Shown piece by piece: positions 26,522-39,948 of a DNA stretch of 64,000 bases. The stretch's first letter is position 1; every line of letters begins with the position of its first letter. Source of the stretch: Octopus vulgaris (Eukaryota); assembly GCA_951406725.2 (NCBI GenBank), contig OX597815.1, positions 9,300,001-9,364,000 on the forward strand. The letters are read 5' to 3'. The notes beneath the pieces were generated by a model that saw nothing but the letters and a program-made list of their open reading frames with translations, was not told where the DNA came from and made no database searches. The translations under genes and the position numbers were made by a program.

Positions 26522-27329
26522 ACGGTGGATGTGTGTGTGCGTAAATAAATACATAAACTGTTTCATGATTAAAAAGGGATTTATTTCCATGGGTTATAAG
26601 TTCACTACATACAAATGTAAGCAAATGCTACGCATTGCTTGTACAGAGCACATATTAAAGATGAATATGTTTGTGTGTGTGCGTGAATCATTCAGAACAG
26701 TAGCCTGTAGGCATTTCTCTAGTCGTCTCCAAAACGCGGGGTGTCTGCTGCTGTGTCAGCTCCGATTGTGTGTCTTTCTCTGTTTTTCCCTTTGTATTTA
26801 TAATATCTCAAACAGCTAGAAAGATAGACATACTGCAACAGAGTTACTACTTAAGAGAGAAGGAAGTGCTAACTCTTACAATCTCTCTGTAGTCTCTCTT
26901 TCTTTGCTTGTCTGTTCAGCCTTATATCCAGGGTCACATTCTGCAGGAAAATAATGCTGAGTTTATTTCACAATACAGCTTTTCAGGGGGAAAAACAGGT
27001 TTGTGCATTAACCGTGTCCTTGAGATATCTAGGAAAGCATTGATACGATTCTCTAAAGAGTTTTGGTGTGGTTTTCAGCAACTATCTATTTTCTAGGGAC
27101 TTCTGATATTTCTTATCTGTGTCCTCAATTAGCACAACACTTGTTTCGTGTTCTTTAATATTATTATTTATTTTTTGCCAGTAGATCATGTAGGCTAAGG
27201 TTTCCTCTTTAGATTACCGTGAAATTCAAGTAATTCAGGGTGGAACTTCGTAAAGGATTTCCAGTTCTTAGACAAACTATCTCTGCTGCCTCGTACGATG
27301 GAGATGAATGTTTCAATATTCCTAAACTA

Positions 27330-27456
27330 CAGGGTGTCCACAAAGTCTGGGTACATGGGTATTAACACATACTTTAAGAAATTATTATTTCTTATATTTA
27401 ATTGTTTATGTTATGATTTTATTTACACCATGTACCCAGACTTTATGGACACCCTG
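27330..27456. mobile_element. Tc1/mariner-type MITE
   Basis: 29-bp TIRs CAGGGTGTCCACAAAGTCTGGGTACATGG with 1 mismatch. TA on the left flank. Confidence 0.85.
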
Positions 27457-27469
27457 TTTTTATCAGTAA

Positions 27470-27720
27470 GTGGAGGCGCATGACTTAGTGGTTAGGGTGT
27501 TGAACATTTGATCGTAAGGTTGCGGTTTCGATTCCTGAACCAGGCGATGCGTTGTGTTCTTGAGCAAAACACTTCATTTTCACGTTGCTCCAGTCCACCC
27601 AACTGGTAAAAATGAGGAATCCTGCGACGGACCGGCGTCCCGTCCTGGGGGTGGGGAATTTCTACGCCACTGAAACTGGGAAACCGGCCTTTATGAGCCT
27701 GGCATGGCTCGAGAAGGAAC
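27470..27720 (+). mobile_element. SINE S4
   Basis: tRNA-like head GTGGAGGCGCATGACTTAGTGG...GGTTTCGATTCC. Confidence 0.78.
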
Positions 27721-27820
27721 ATTTTATTTATCAGTAAGAAGAACACAAACAATTCTTGTATCAACTAAACTATAAATATCTTCTAGACCGAGTTCTGTGA
27801 AATATATCGTTTATTAGAAA

Positions 27821-28217
27821 CTAGCAGTATCACCCGGCGTTGCTCGGGTTTGTAAGGGAAATAACTATATAAGCATTTTTAGAGATGTAAAGTATAATAG
27901 CCATCTCAATATGGCTAACCACAAGGGGTGGGGGGGTTACTGTAGCTTTTTACGTTCTGAGATTTAATAATAAATTTTTAGAGAGTTACTTCCCTTATAT
28001 ATGCCAAAAATGCATTAAAAAGGGGAAAAATTGATGGTAAATTTTTTTTTAAAACGTAGACTCATGTAGACGCGCGCTAATACCCAGAAGGGCTCGATAT
28101 GAATCACGACTATAAGATACCCGGTTTTGGTTAAACTGCACCACAAAATGTGGGAGTAGTTAGGAATCTAAATCGTAGGAGACAGACAGCACACAACCTC
28201 TCTTTTATATATAAAGA
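27821..28217 (-). mobile_element. Helitron H1
   Basis: TC and CTAG termini. Confidence 0.85.
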
Positions 28218-29296
28218 TAACAGCAGCAGCCTCTTTACTTCTTCTTGGAGAGATTTCTCAAACAAAGACGCACTCTCCATTGTGACATACTGCTTACAAG
28301 TTTTTCTTAAGCTCATGGTAGAGCGAGCTAATGTTGCTGCCGGGATCGGTGTTTTTATTATTGTAATATAAATTTTGGCTTCTCATAATTTTTTTCTTGT
28401 TCTCAAGTTTCAATTTATTGTGTTTATGTCTGTCTGTTTCGTTTCATTAACATTTCTCTGTTTTGTTTTTTAATCTTTAATCTGTGTTTGCATTGGGTGG
28501 GGGTTGTAATTCTCTTCTATTATGCTCGTGACAAGAACTTCCTTCTGACCGGAGAGATGGCCATATTAAACCCCTAACAGACAAATCAGAACGGACGTTT
28601 ACAAAAATATATGTACACAATAAACTGTCTAAGGACGAGTTGCTCTTCTCCTCCAGGCCTAATGGGATGGACGTTAAAATATTCGGAAAGTCTTTTCCAT
28701 CAATTAAACGTGGTAAAATCAAATTTTGTGAGAGGGAGGTGCTTTTAAGGCGCCCGTTCATGCAACAACAACAACAACAAAAGAAGAAAAATAATGGAAG
28801 AAAAAAGAAAGCAAATGCTGTTGTGATGATAGATGTTCTGTGTAGCACAAGACTCTTTAAGAATACAATATTTGATGCTGTACACTACTATTCCGTCGAA
28901 CAAGAATACTTCCTGCAGTAGTGTTATGAAATAGGATAAGACGAAAGGTAATAATTCAATTAATGCTACAGCGAAATTGTCACAAGAAATTAAATTTGAT
29001 TTTTCAACCACTAAAAGCTGAAGATAAGATAGAAGACATATAAATAGCTGCAAATATTATGAGTGAATGAAGGAAAGTTTCTACAGAACCAATACTTTCG
29101 CTTGATGGAATGTCTTAGAGACATCTTTAAAGGGTATGGTTTATATTACCTAGTTAGATTATGTTGAACAGCAAAAATGTTAGGCGTTGAGGAACAGCTC
29201 AGCGTCTATAAGCACATCAAGATAAATGTATTTTCGTGTGTGTATATAGGAATATATATAATGTATAAATCATATATATCTTATATATATAATATC

Positions 29297-29713
29297 AGGA
29301 GTGGCTGTGTGGTAAGTAGCTTGCCTACCAACCACATGGTTCTGGGTTCAGTCCCACTGCGTGGCATCTTGGGCAAGTGTCTTCTGCTATAGCCCCGGGC
29401 CGACCAATGCTTTGTGAGTGGATTTGGTAGACGGAAACTGAAAGAAGCCTGTCGTATATATGTATATATATGTATGTATGTGTATGTATATGTTTGTGTG
29501 TCTGTGTTTGTCCCCCTAGCATTGCTTGACAACCGATGCTGGTGTGTTTACGTCCCCGTCACTTAGCGGTTCGGCAAAAGAGACCGATAGAATAAGTACT
29601 GGGCTTACAAAGAATAAGTCCCGGGGTCGATTTGCTCGACTAAAGGCGGTGCTCCAGCATGGCCGCAGTCAAATGACTGAAACAAGTAAAAGAGTAAAAG
29701 AGAGTAAAAGAGT
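29297..29713 (+). mobile_element. SINE S3
   Basis: Near full-length. Confidence 0.85.
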
Positions 29714-29729
29714 ATATATATATATATAT

Positions 29730-31322
29730 ATTTCGTGTGTGTACGTGAGAGGGTATACGAGAGTAGGTGATCAAGCGAAAGTAGTGCTCAGCATATTTAC
29801 TTGAAATAGTATTTAATAATAGATTGATTCACCTCCATATTATTTAACGTTTTCTGGAGCAGGGCACGGAGAGAAAATTTATAAGAAATTTCAAAGTTCA
29901 TCCTAAGTGCAAATATTTTCGTTTCCATTGGCCACTTCAGGTCACGTGTGTGTGTTAGTGTGTATATACATATATATACATGTATGCATCTGCTATCATT
30001 GTCATTACTTTATTTTTATTTTTATTTTTATACTCTCTAAACTTTCCTGTAGCCACTACACACATTTTGTTTCTCTCCTTGTTTTTTTCTGTGTCTCTTT
30101 CTGTAGAAGAGCGTAGGCTCGAAACGTAAAAGACTTTTTTCTATTCCTGAGCGTTACACTAATACATCTGTTTGTTTTCTACACCTCCTGCCTTCGTCTT
30201 TTGTTTTGTATTTTTTTTCTTTCGTAAACTCTCCATATATATAAGTATACATAGACACATATTTTATATACATTATCTTATTTGCAACAAACTACTTAGG
30301 AAGATAGTGGAGGCGCAATGGCCCAGTGGTTAGGGCAGCGGACTCGCGGTCATAGGATCGCGATTTCGATTCCCAGACTAGGCGTTGTGAGTGTTTATTG
30401 AGCGAAAACACCTAAGGCTCCACGAAGCTCCGGCAGGGAATGGTGGTAATCCCTGCTGAACTCTTTCACCACAACTTTCTCTCACGCTTTCTTCCTGTTT
30501 CTGTTGTACCTGTATTTCAAGGGGCCGGCCTTGTCACTCTCTGTGTCACGCTGAATATCCCCGAGAACTACGTTAAGGGTGGACGTGTCTGTGGAGTGCT
30601 CAGCCACTTACACGTTAATTTCACGAGCAGGCTGTTCCTTTGATTCGGATCAACCGGAACCCTCGTCGTCGTAACCGACGGAGTGCTTCCATATATAATG
30701 TATAAATTATATATATATATATATATATATTTCGTGTGTGTACGTGAAATATATATATATATATATATATATTTCGTGTGTGTACGTGAGAGGGTATACG
30801 AGAGTGGGTGATCAAACGAAAGTAGCGCTCAGCATATTCACTTGAAATAGTATTCAATAATAGATTGATTCACCTCCATATTATTTAACGTTTTCTGGAG
30901 CAGGGCACGGAGAGAAAATTTATAAGAAATTTCATCCTAAGTGCAAGTATTTTCGTTTCCAGTGGCCACTTCAGGTCACCTGTGTGTGTTAGTGTGTATA
31001 TACATATATACATGTATGCATCTGCTATCATTGTCATTACTTTATTTTTATACTTTCTAAACTTTCCTGTAGCCACTACACACATTTTGTTTCTCTCCTT
31101 GTTTTTTTCTGTGTCCCTTTCTGTAGAAGAGCGTAGGCTCGAAACGTAAAAGACTTTTTTCTATTCCTGAGCGTTATACTAATACATCTGTTTGTTTTCT
31201 ACACCACCTGCCTTCGTCTTTTGTTTTGTATTTTCTTTCGTAGACTCTCCATATATATAAGTATACATAGACACATATTTTATATACATTATCTTATTTG
31301 CAACAAACTACTTAGGAAGATA
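29730..31322 (+). repeat. ~580-bp direct duplication (29730-30306 and ~30772-31322) flanking SINE S1; each copy includes a P1 element
   Basis: Both copies end ...caaactacttaggaagata. Confidence 0.9.
30309..30690 (+). mobile_element. SINE S1
   Basis: Full-length. Confidence 0.88.
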
Positions 31323-34300
31323 CCTAACGTAGCCTAGATCAAACCTTTTCCAGAGTGCGTGCGTTATATAATTTCACAAGGTATTTATCTGGTAGTGTAT
31401 GCGTTGCGTGGATTACGTTGTTTTACTTTATTAGTTTGTTATTATATAGGGCGTGTGTTGTGCATGATGATTGTCTTGTTTGAACTGTGCTGTTTATACG
31501 TTACTTTCTTTTGCAGGATGCCGGATATTCCTAGCAGAACCATCTTTTGCAGAGTGTGTAGTGTTATTTGGTCATATTTTTTTTATCATATGAAATGTTC
31601 TAGTAATTATTGGTGCTATTTTCCCCTTCATGCCCAACATCTTCAATATCTCGATTTCAAGATCCTTTCACTTCAGTAGTTTTTCCTGTTATTTTCAATA
31701 GGACGCTGACCCCATGTCTTTCACATATGTCTACCATATCGATGATGAAGCATTTTTTGCTTCTTTCTCTCTCATGAATTATTCTTTTGTGATCGTTCCC
31801 AAGATTAATGTCAGTCAAATAGCTCATAGTGGGCCTAGATACAGACCTCAAAACATGGTCATCTCAACCAGAAGCACCATACACTAACATCGTGGTTCTT
31901 CACACAATTCCCTGAGTCCTTCAAATTTTAGGCTCTTCTTCTCATCTACCCATTCCATATTATCTTTCCGTGGTAATATCGATTCAACAAACCAAACTTT
32001 TGTTCTCAACTCGGGTTACGTCATAAGGCCAATGCGTAACTTGAATATTTTGAAGCAGCTGCTATCTATATCTAATGTTATCGTCGGTGGTAGTGTTATT
32101 AAGTTCAAGCCATGATCCTGTTAGCGAAATTCCATATGGTATAAAGTATATTTTTAAAAATCCAATCTGAATAACGCTATGTTAGTAAATAAAAGTTGTT
32201 TCTCTTATTTATAATTGAAGAAATAAACCAGTTACTGGTTTCGGCTGGAGGCGTTGGATTAGATGTACAAGAAAGCATTCAAAAGTTAATTTTAAATCGT
32301 CTTCTCCTCCTGCACGTCTGATATTGACGGCTCCATTATATATGTAGGAATTTTTCTTTTGGTTTAATTTAAGTTCTTTTGTGAGTGTTCAAAACGACAA
32401 ATATATTTTGAGTTAAGAGAGTTCCTGGTGTTTGTAAATATGCGGTTGGTGTGTTGGTTGAACTGTCGATGCATACACCCAAGTGTGTGCGTCTATTCAC
32501 ATACGAATCTCAAATGGAGAATTTTGGGAATGTCTTACAGATCTTCACTGTGCCGCTAATAGATTGGGTTTGGAGAATCCACGTCAGTTTATTTTGCTCT
32601 TTTTCCGTGAAACCGGGAAAATGTATGTATGTATGTATGTATGTATGTATGTATGTATGTATGTATGTATGTATGTATGTATGTATGCACGTATGTATGT
32701 ATGTATGTATGTATGTATGTATGTATGTATGTATGCATGTATGTGCAGATTTGTATATTTTATGTACGTATTCTCATGCATATAGTTACATATCTAGACA
32801 TGCTCATATATATTTAAATGATAAACTTCTGGAAAGTTTAAAATTTTTTTACAGTTCCAGTGAAGGATTGGATCTGTAGTCTTTGAATTAGCTTTCTCCT
32901 TTCTGGTTTTGAGAAACCTCATTTCTCAAGATTGGTATTTAGTCGGTGTGCTACATATCCCACATGTATGTATGTATGAATGAATAAATGAATGAATACG
33001 GAATTCCTGGACTGCACACGCTCTGAGTGTACTGTTCAACGGAAATATGTACACAACCGACACTCATTGGCATCCTCCTTACTGTCTCAGCTTATAAATA
33101 AATTTGATGCCATCTACTTCTTTCCAGTTATTACGTGTGGTTTTGTAGCGTTTTGTTAGCAATGTTTTTGACGGATATTAAATTTGATAATGACACCGCA
33201 TTAAATTTTGAATAAGGTTCGTAAAATTTACTACTGTGAACATCAAAATGTTTCAAGAACCTTTTAGCAAACATTTTGGTTGAATACAGTTTTTTTTAGT
33301 TGCACTTAAATTAATATCACAGAAATTCGAGTTTTCCAAACATTTTGAACCAGTCGAATGTCGACAAGACTTTGAAGTTATACTTCTAACTGGATCGATT
33401 GATCGCACCAATACAATCGACGAAATAGTTACATACTATATATCTGTTCAATCCAAATCAAGCGATAAAAAAACAATTTTATACGACGCTATACAATAAT
33501 TTACTTCGCTATACTATACTGTTCATACATGCACAGAACCACAAGCCTCTATACATATAAATGCAACAATAATGGTTTAGTGAAGAGAAGGGGACGTAAG
33601 CCTTGACCTTTACAGGTTTTCTCACACTTATATAATTAATATTGTTGATGTTAATCTTGGAAATCTGATAATCGACATATACAATGAAGACCATGGCCAA
33701 TGTGGGAAGTCCGGGACAGTAACGATCTGAAGAAGAAAGACCGGGTTAATTGGTTTGTGGGAGGCAAGAGTACGAGAGACAAATGTTTCAATCGTCCGGC
33801 GCTGTCATCAGCTGACTAGTATTTGTAAAGCTAAACCTTTGTAGCGTCATTGAAAGTTTTAATTGTATGTTGTCTATGATTAGAGATTGTGAGTCAACCC
33901 GTTGCCTATCCAAAGCGGTTTCATAAGTTTATCCTAAGTATCCATGCTTGTTTTCAAACTTTTAGTTAGCCCTTGTTTGATATGTTCTGAGTAATGTTAA
34001 ACTTTCCTTTCATAAGTCCCAAGTTACTCTGGTGGCTGAAAACAAATGGGACTGTATATCATATATGATGCACGGAGAACAGGGAAGTATGCCCCATGTA
34101 TTACAAGTTAAGGGTTAAATAGAATGATTGTATGATGAAGTATTAGCAGAGAGAAAATGTTCATGTTCAAATTGGAGAATATCTTTGAGGTTTTTATTCA
34201 TGAAGGCAGCGCAGATTTAATTTCAAGGGTCAAAGCTGAATGTATATGCAGACGTGAAGTGGATAGATAGGTGTTATGAGTAGAAGTTGACTGGATAGAT

Positions 34301-34684
34301 ATACAACGTATGTATATGTTGACTGGATAGATAGACAGAATATGCAGATAATGACTTGATAGAGTGTGTGGTAATCGGATAGAGAGGCCATAAACGAAGG
34401 TTGGAAAGGTAGACACTGCATAGTTTTTCACTGAATAGTCCGTGGATGTTGTCTAAATAAATACAATGCATAGATTAACATATCAACACACACACACACA
34501 CACACTCACACATACACTCACACATATAGTTGCATAAATCTTTGTGTCTACCTATAAGTCTGTGTATATATATATGTATGCATATACGCTTGCTATCAAG
34601 TACAAAATATTACAATTACACCTCATCCAATGATATTTAACACGTTAAAAAGTTAAAGTCTAATTCGAGCTTAAAATAAATAAA

Positions 34685-34932
34685 TGCGCCCTTTTAAAGC
34701 CTAGCCAGGCTCATGGGCACGGTTTCCCGGTTTCAGTGGTGTATGTGTTCCCCAGCTGGACGGGACACCAGTCCATCGCAGCGTTACTCATTTTTGCCAG
34801 CTGAGTGGACTGGAGCAACGTGAAATGAAGTGTTTTGCTCAAGAACACAACGCGTCGCCCGGTCCAGGAATCGAAACCTCAATCTTACGATCATGATGCT
34901 GACACCCTAACCGCTAAGCCACGTGCCTCCAC
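34685..34932 (-). mobile_element. SINE S4
   Basis: Reverse copy. TSD-like ttcgagctta. Confidence 0.8.
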
Positions 34933-35116
34933 ATTTCGAGCTTACAGGTTCATTTAAGCTGATCCCGATTTCTAGGATGTTTAAATGATTAAAATAAAAG
35001 TGCAAATGACAACTGCGAATGGGACGTCAGTCACTCTCTCACCCAACAAACGGGTGGCACTCACATTCAGCTGGGTGGATTGAAGTAACGTGAAATGATA
35101 GGCCTGGCTCAAAAAC

Positions 35117-35351
35117 TATTTCTTTACTACCCACAAGGGGCTACACACAGAGGGGACAAACAAGGACACACAGACGGATTATGTCGATTAGATCGACCCC
35201 AGTGCGAAACTGGTACTTAATTTATCGACCCCGAAAGGATGAAAGGCAAAGTCGACCTCGGCGGTATTTGAACTAACTCAGAACGCAGCGGCAGACAAAA
35301 TACTGCTACGCATTTCGCCCGGCGTGCTAACGATTCTGCCAGCTCGCCGCC
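35117..35351 (-). mobile_element. SINE S2 nested in an older S4-like relic
   Basis: TSD cctggctcaaaaac. Confidence 0.82.
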
Positions 35352-36109
35352 TGGCTCAAAAACACAACGAGCTGCCTAGTCCAAGAATCGAACCCATCAC
35401 CCAAAACACTATGCCACTCACCTTTATACCTTAAAAGAAAAATAAGAACATAATGACTTCAAGGGATGCACAAACTATAGCTAGAAAGACGCTGGTTAAA
35501 AGTCTGGTGGGAATCGCTAGTCATGGATTTCTATTTCCGCTTGATCCCTCTTGTTAATAAACCCTCTTCCAGGTACCTGCTTCTCTGCTGAATAGAATAT
35601 TTTTAACACAATAACCATTTGGAAACTGTTCTTTGTTCGCGTCGGCATGCTCTGTTTAAACAACGGCTGCTTTCTATATTTATCAACATTTAACGACGCA
35701 AATCACCGACGTGATGGGAGTAACCAGATCTGGAATCTAAAATAGTCGAGCGTTCCCACTGATGGGGATTTAAATATGAATTTTTTTCTTTTTATAATTG
35801 TCAAAACGGTGGCTTCATTTTAATATTTATTCGTTTCTCCGGCTAAGATGAAGTCTTTACGTGCGTTTGTTTGTGTCTTACAAATTTACAACAAAAACAC
35901 TGTTGTAATGGTAAGATGTGCAGTCTTTCTTGTGAATAACTGCTGCAGAGAAGTAAACTCCTACAATAAACGTAATTCTAAACTAAATTTAGGGTGAAGA
36001 AAAAACAAAAAAAATTACGGAAATGATTAAAAAGCAATCCAGGTAAAATAAATTGTATTGTTCGGATACTACATTTTAAAGTCTCCTATTTAAACTTTAA
36101 TTTAAGCAT

Positions 36110-36173
<64 letters not shown>

Positions 36174-36285
36174 TGTGTGTGTGTAAGACATAATGGAACA
36201 CACATGCTCATTGTATGTACTTTGCTTGTTTGCCGGTAGCTTGTGCCGGGTGTTAAAACACCTAAAAGTCATAGACAGGTGAAAC

Positions 36286-38016
36286 AACTAACCCCAAAAA
36301 CCCACCAGGAGCGATGGACATCGATATTTTACAATTGTTTTTTGTTTTGACTTATTAACATCACTTACTTGAAACTGAATTGGATGCGACTGAATCGCCT
36401 GTCCATAACAATTTACATATAGTGTAAAGAACCAGTTCGTCTCCAATTTAGTTTAGTTTCGTAATGTTGGTAAACCATAAAAATGGCGTCACATCAATGT
36501 ACACAGACACGACAGAAGTAAATAGACACCTCATAAAACATTGTTTTATGTTTCTTTTAACTTGAAATGGTTTATATTTTTTATTAGTGGACATTTTTAT
36601 GTTTCAGGTTCTGCAAGTGACTTTCTAATCATTCCACGGACAAAAGAAGCCTTGAAACCGTCCAAATTTCAAAGAGGCCGTATTGTGGGTCAATCTGAAG
36701 GTGAACATAATCAGCATAAAATCGCAGAAAACCTTGGGATCCTGCTTTCTACAGTTAATAGGGTGAGTATGCAATTCACAAGAGAGGGGAAGGAGTCCGC
36801 ATCACCTTGCCCAGGTCGACTAGGTCCCTCTGACAGGACGCTTTGCTTTGTTAAGTGAAGTGTGGAGGATAATACTCATTGCAAGGCCTTTGACATAGAA
36901 CAAGTCGATGTCAGTCTTTAAAACAGCTGTCAAGTATCTACACAAACGTGGATACTATGGTAGAGTAGCAAGAAGAAAGCCACTTCTTCAAGCAGCCAAT
37001 ATCAAATGGAGAAGAGATTAGGCCAGTGGCCGCTAGCATCTTGAGACACTATCATATTCTCTGATGAGTCCAGATTTGCTGTATTTTCTGACAGTGTTCG
37101 AGTGTAGGTCTAGAGACTCTGTGATCAAGAATTTGACGTGAAAAGATTGCAGCCAACAATGAAACAAGGCAGTTATCTGAAATGGTCTGGAGAGCAATTT
37201 GGAGCAATGGTTGATCAGAGCTGGTGGAGTGATGATGGAAATATAAACTCAGATAAATATGTGTCCACACCGTAGAAAGGACTCCTTCCAATCTTCTCCA
37301 ATGTTGAAATGATTAAAGAAGACTATTTATGGAAGATGGGGCTCCTTGTCACACATCTAAAATGACCTGAAATTGGTTGGAAAAGAATGGCATTAAAAAA
37401 CTTCCATGGCCAAACCAGTCACCAGATATGAACCTTGTTGAACACCTCTGGGGCATAATGGACAGGACACTTCGTAAAAACAACAAGAAATCATCCCAAA
37501 GTCATATCTTTTGAGGTTACTGCATGAAAGTTGGCAAGAATTTCCCCAAGAGAATATTCGTCATCTGATCAATGTCTTACAGGATCCTTGCATTAAAGAA
37601 TGCAAAGGGCATGTCTACTAAATATTAGATATGCACGTTATAATGATTAATAAAAAATTTGAATGTATAATTTATAAGGGTAACTATTTTCTTCTATCAT
37701 GTCTGTGTATATCGCTTCTGGATGGAATCTGGGCCGAGTTGTCTCTCTTGACTTTTAGTCGTTTTAACACCACGCCAATGCATACGACAGACGAACGAGA
37801 TAAGCGCATTCATTGAGTATATGCGTTCGATAATGTTTATATCACTAGCGCTGCTTCTAATTCATATTTGACTTTATCCCTATACACTATTTGCATATAG
37901 CCATGGACTGGCGATTCAGTTCGCCTCCAATTCCGTTCAGGTACGTGATGGTGATAAGCCACAAACATAACAAGACATTGATGTCCATCGTTCCTGGATG
38001 AGATTTGGGTTTAGCT
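36286..38016 (+). mobile_element. Decayed Tc1 (DD34E) transposon
   Basis: Diverged long TIRs (~36286-36430 vs ~37870-38016). Disrupted transposase at ~36630-37630 with [15 protein letters not shown] (HTH), ARRKPLL, IFSDES, EDGAPCHT and LPWPNQSPDMNLVEHLW. Confidence 0.88.
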
Positions 38017-38040
38017 GCCTCGTTGCTTCTAATTTATACT

Positions 38041-38128
<88 letters not shown>

Positions 38129-38161
38129 TGCCTACATATAAAAATCGAAGATTAAAATATA

Positions 38162-38383
38162 ATAAAATTTAAAGGACTGACCACTAAATGGACGGTCAAC
38201 ATCTACATAGGTAATCATTTTTATTTCGTATATTTCATTTGTCCATCGGTAATTATTTGTCTTTTATTTTTAATGCTTTGGTTTGTGCTGAGTTTTTTGA
38301 GACACTCTTGTGGAAAATAACGATTTTGACGTCTATATCTAATGTTGACCGTCCATTTTTAGTGGTCAGTCCTTTAAATTTAT
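38162..38383. repeat. TA-embedded inverted repeat, ~41-bp arms
   Basis: aaatttaaaggactgaccactaaatggacggtcaacat and its reverse complement. Confidence 0.85.
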
Positions 38384-38411
38384 ATATAAATATATATACA
38401 TATATATATAG

Positions 38412-38562
38412 GGGAGAATTCACAAAAAAAGCAAAAGACGAAGACAGGTGGTGTAGACAACAAACAGATGTATTAGTATAACGCTCGGGAAGTGAAAAAG
38501 TCTTTAACGTTTCGAGCCTACGCTCTTCTACAGAAAGGAACACAGAAAGAAACAAGGAGAGA
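38412..38562 (-). mobile_element. P1 Penelope-like terminal repeat
   Basis: - strand CTGTAGA AGAGC gtag GCTC GAAACGTT. Confidence 0.55.
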
Positions 38563-38614
38563 TATGCACATATATATGTGTGCGTATAGATAAATACATA
38601 CATGTGTGTATGTA

Positions 38615-38647
<33 letters not shown>

Positions 38648-39393
38648 CTGTGTGTGTGTGTGTGTGTGCGTGTGTGTAAAACACTAAGAGGGCATAAAGA
38701 AAACCGCTCAATCATTAGACCTGTCTAAATTACAGTGGTTTGTGGTTTTATACTGAGAATTTACAATTAACTAGTGATAAACTACCAATAAGAAGGCATC
38801 TTGTGAAGATTTCATTTTCGATGTTGAGGTAGTATTAGGTAATCATTTGTTTTTTAATTTTGTTTTGAATTTTTTGTTTTTATCTACTTTTCATGGTTTG
38901 TGCCCTCTCAGAAGACAAACTCTTCCCTTCTTGATTCTTGCTTTTGGCCTATGAAGCACTAGTCATTTGTTGACTATTCTCTATTTTACTGTTTTTGCAC
39001 AAAAAAAAAAAACAAAACAAAAGCAACAAACAAACCCGTTATAGAATATTAATTCCCCACCTTGATTATAAAGATCTCGGAGAATAGATTAAAGTAGATT
39101 CTTGATTCATATCTGAATGGCTCGTGTCCATAGATTGACACATGGATCTTTGGTTTGGTTGAATAATAGTTTACAGACCACTTGAAACCAAATCCTACCA
39201 TCTCAATGAAATTCTTTGATCTCGGAGTTCCTGTTGTTGCTAAGAAACGAAATGATTTGTTCTGTAAATATCAAAGCGGAAATAATATATTATACTGTCG
39301 CTGTTGTTATTGTTATTGGCTGCAGTTGTTGATGACGACGACGACGGCGACGATGATGCTGATATTATGATATTGAGATGATAAGGATTTTGA

Positions 39394-39426
<33 letters not shown>

Positions 39427-39589
39427 ATTATGATATTGAGATGATAAGGATTTTGAGATGATGATGATGACAACGACGACGACAACGATGGTGGTACAAT
39501 TGATGATGTAGATGATGTTGACTGTGTTATGAATGTTGATGTTGTTGTTGTTATTGCTAATGGTAGTGTTGCTATTGGTGCTGTCTGTT

Positions 39590-39948
39590 TGTTTGTTGAG
39601 CGAAGCGGTCTTCGTGGGAGAAGCCCGAAACGTGGTCCTTTGCTATTCGTAAGACCCGCAGAAGAGAAAGCAGGTCAACCCCCGACACCGAGAGCATCGA
39701 CGGATGGATGAATGCTCATCCAGGCTCAGCGGTTGCATAGGAAGTCGGGGACAAGAAACAGGAAGAAAGAGTGAGAGAAAGTTGGAGCGAAAGAGTACAA
39801 CAGGGGTCGCCACCACCCCCTGTCGGAGCCTTGTGAAGCTTTAGGTGTTTTCGCTCAATAAGCACACACAACGCCCGGTCTGGGAATCGAAACCGCGATC
39901 CTTCGACCGCGAGTCCGCTGCCCTAACCACTGGGCCATTGCGCCTCCA
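39590..39948 (-). mobile_element. SINE with an S1 head and an alternative 3' tail
   Basis: S1 tRNA head and core, then an unrelated tail. Confidence 0.75.

Noticed and set aside
26640-29200. Possible coding remnants at 26.9-27.3k and 28.5-29.1k
   Set aside because: Too decayed to classify. They are probably old LINE ORF1 debris.
32410-32582. Cys-containing exon-like segment with a gtcagt donor
   Set aside because: In-frame stop, no recognisable domain and no partner exons.
37060-37080. Other CTGATGA motifs (37060, 22383, 44798, 51700, 56910) as hammerheads
   Set aside because: They lack a paired stem II with GAAA and stem III. Some lie in transposase coding relics.
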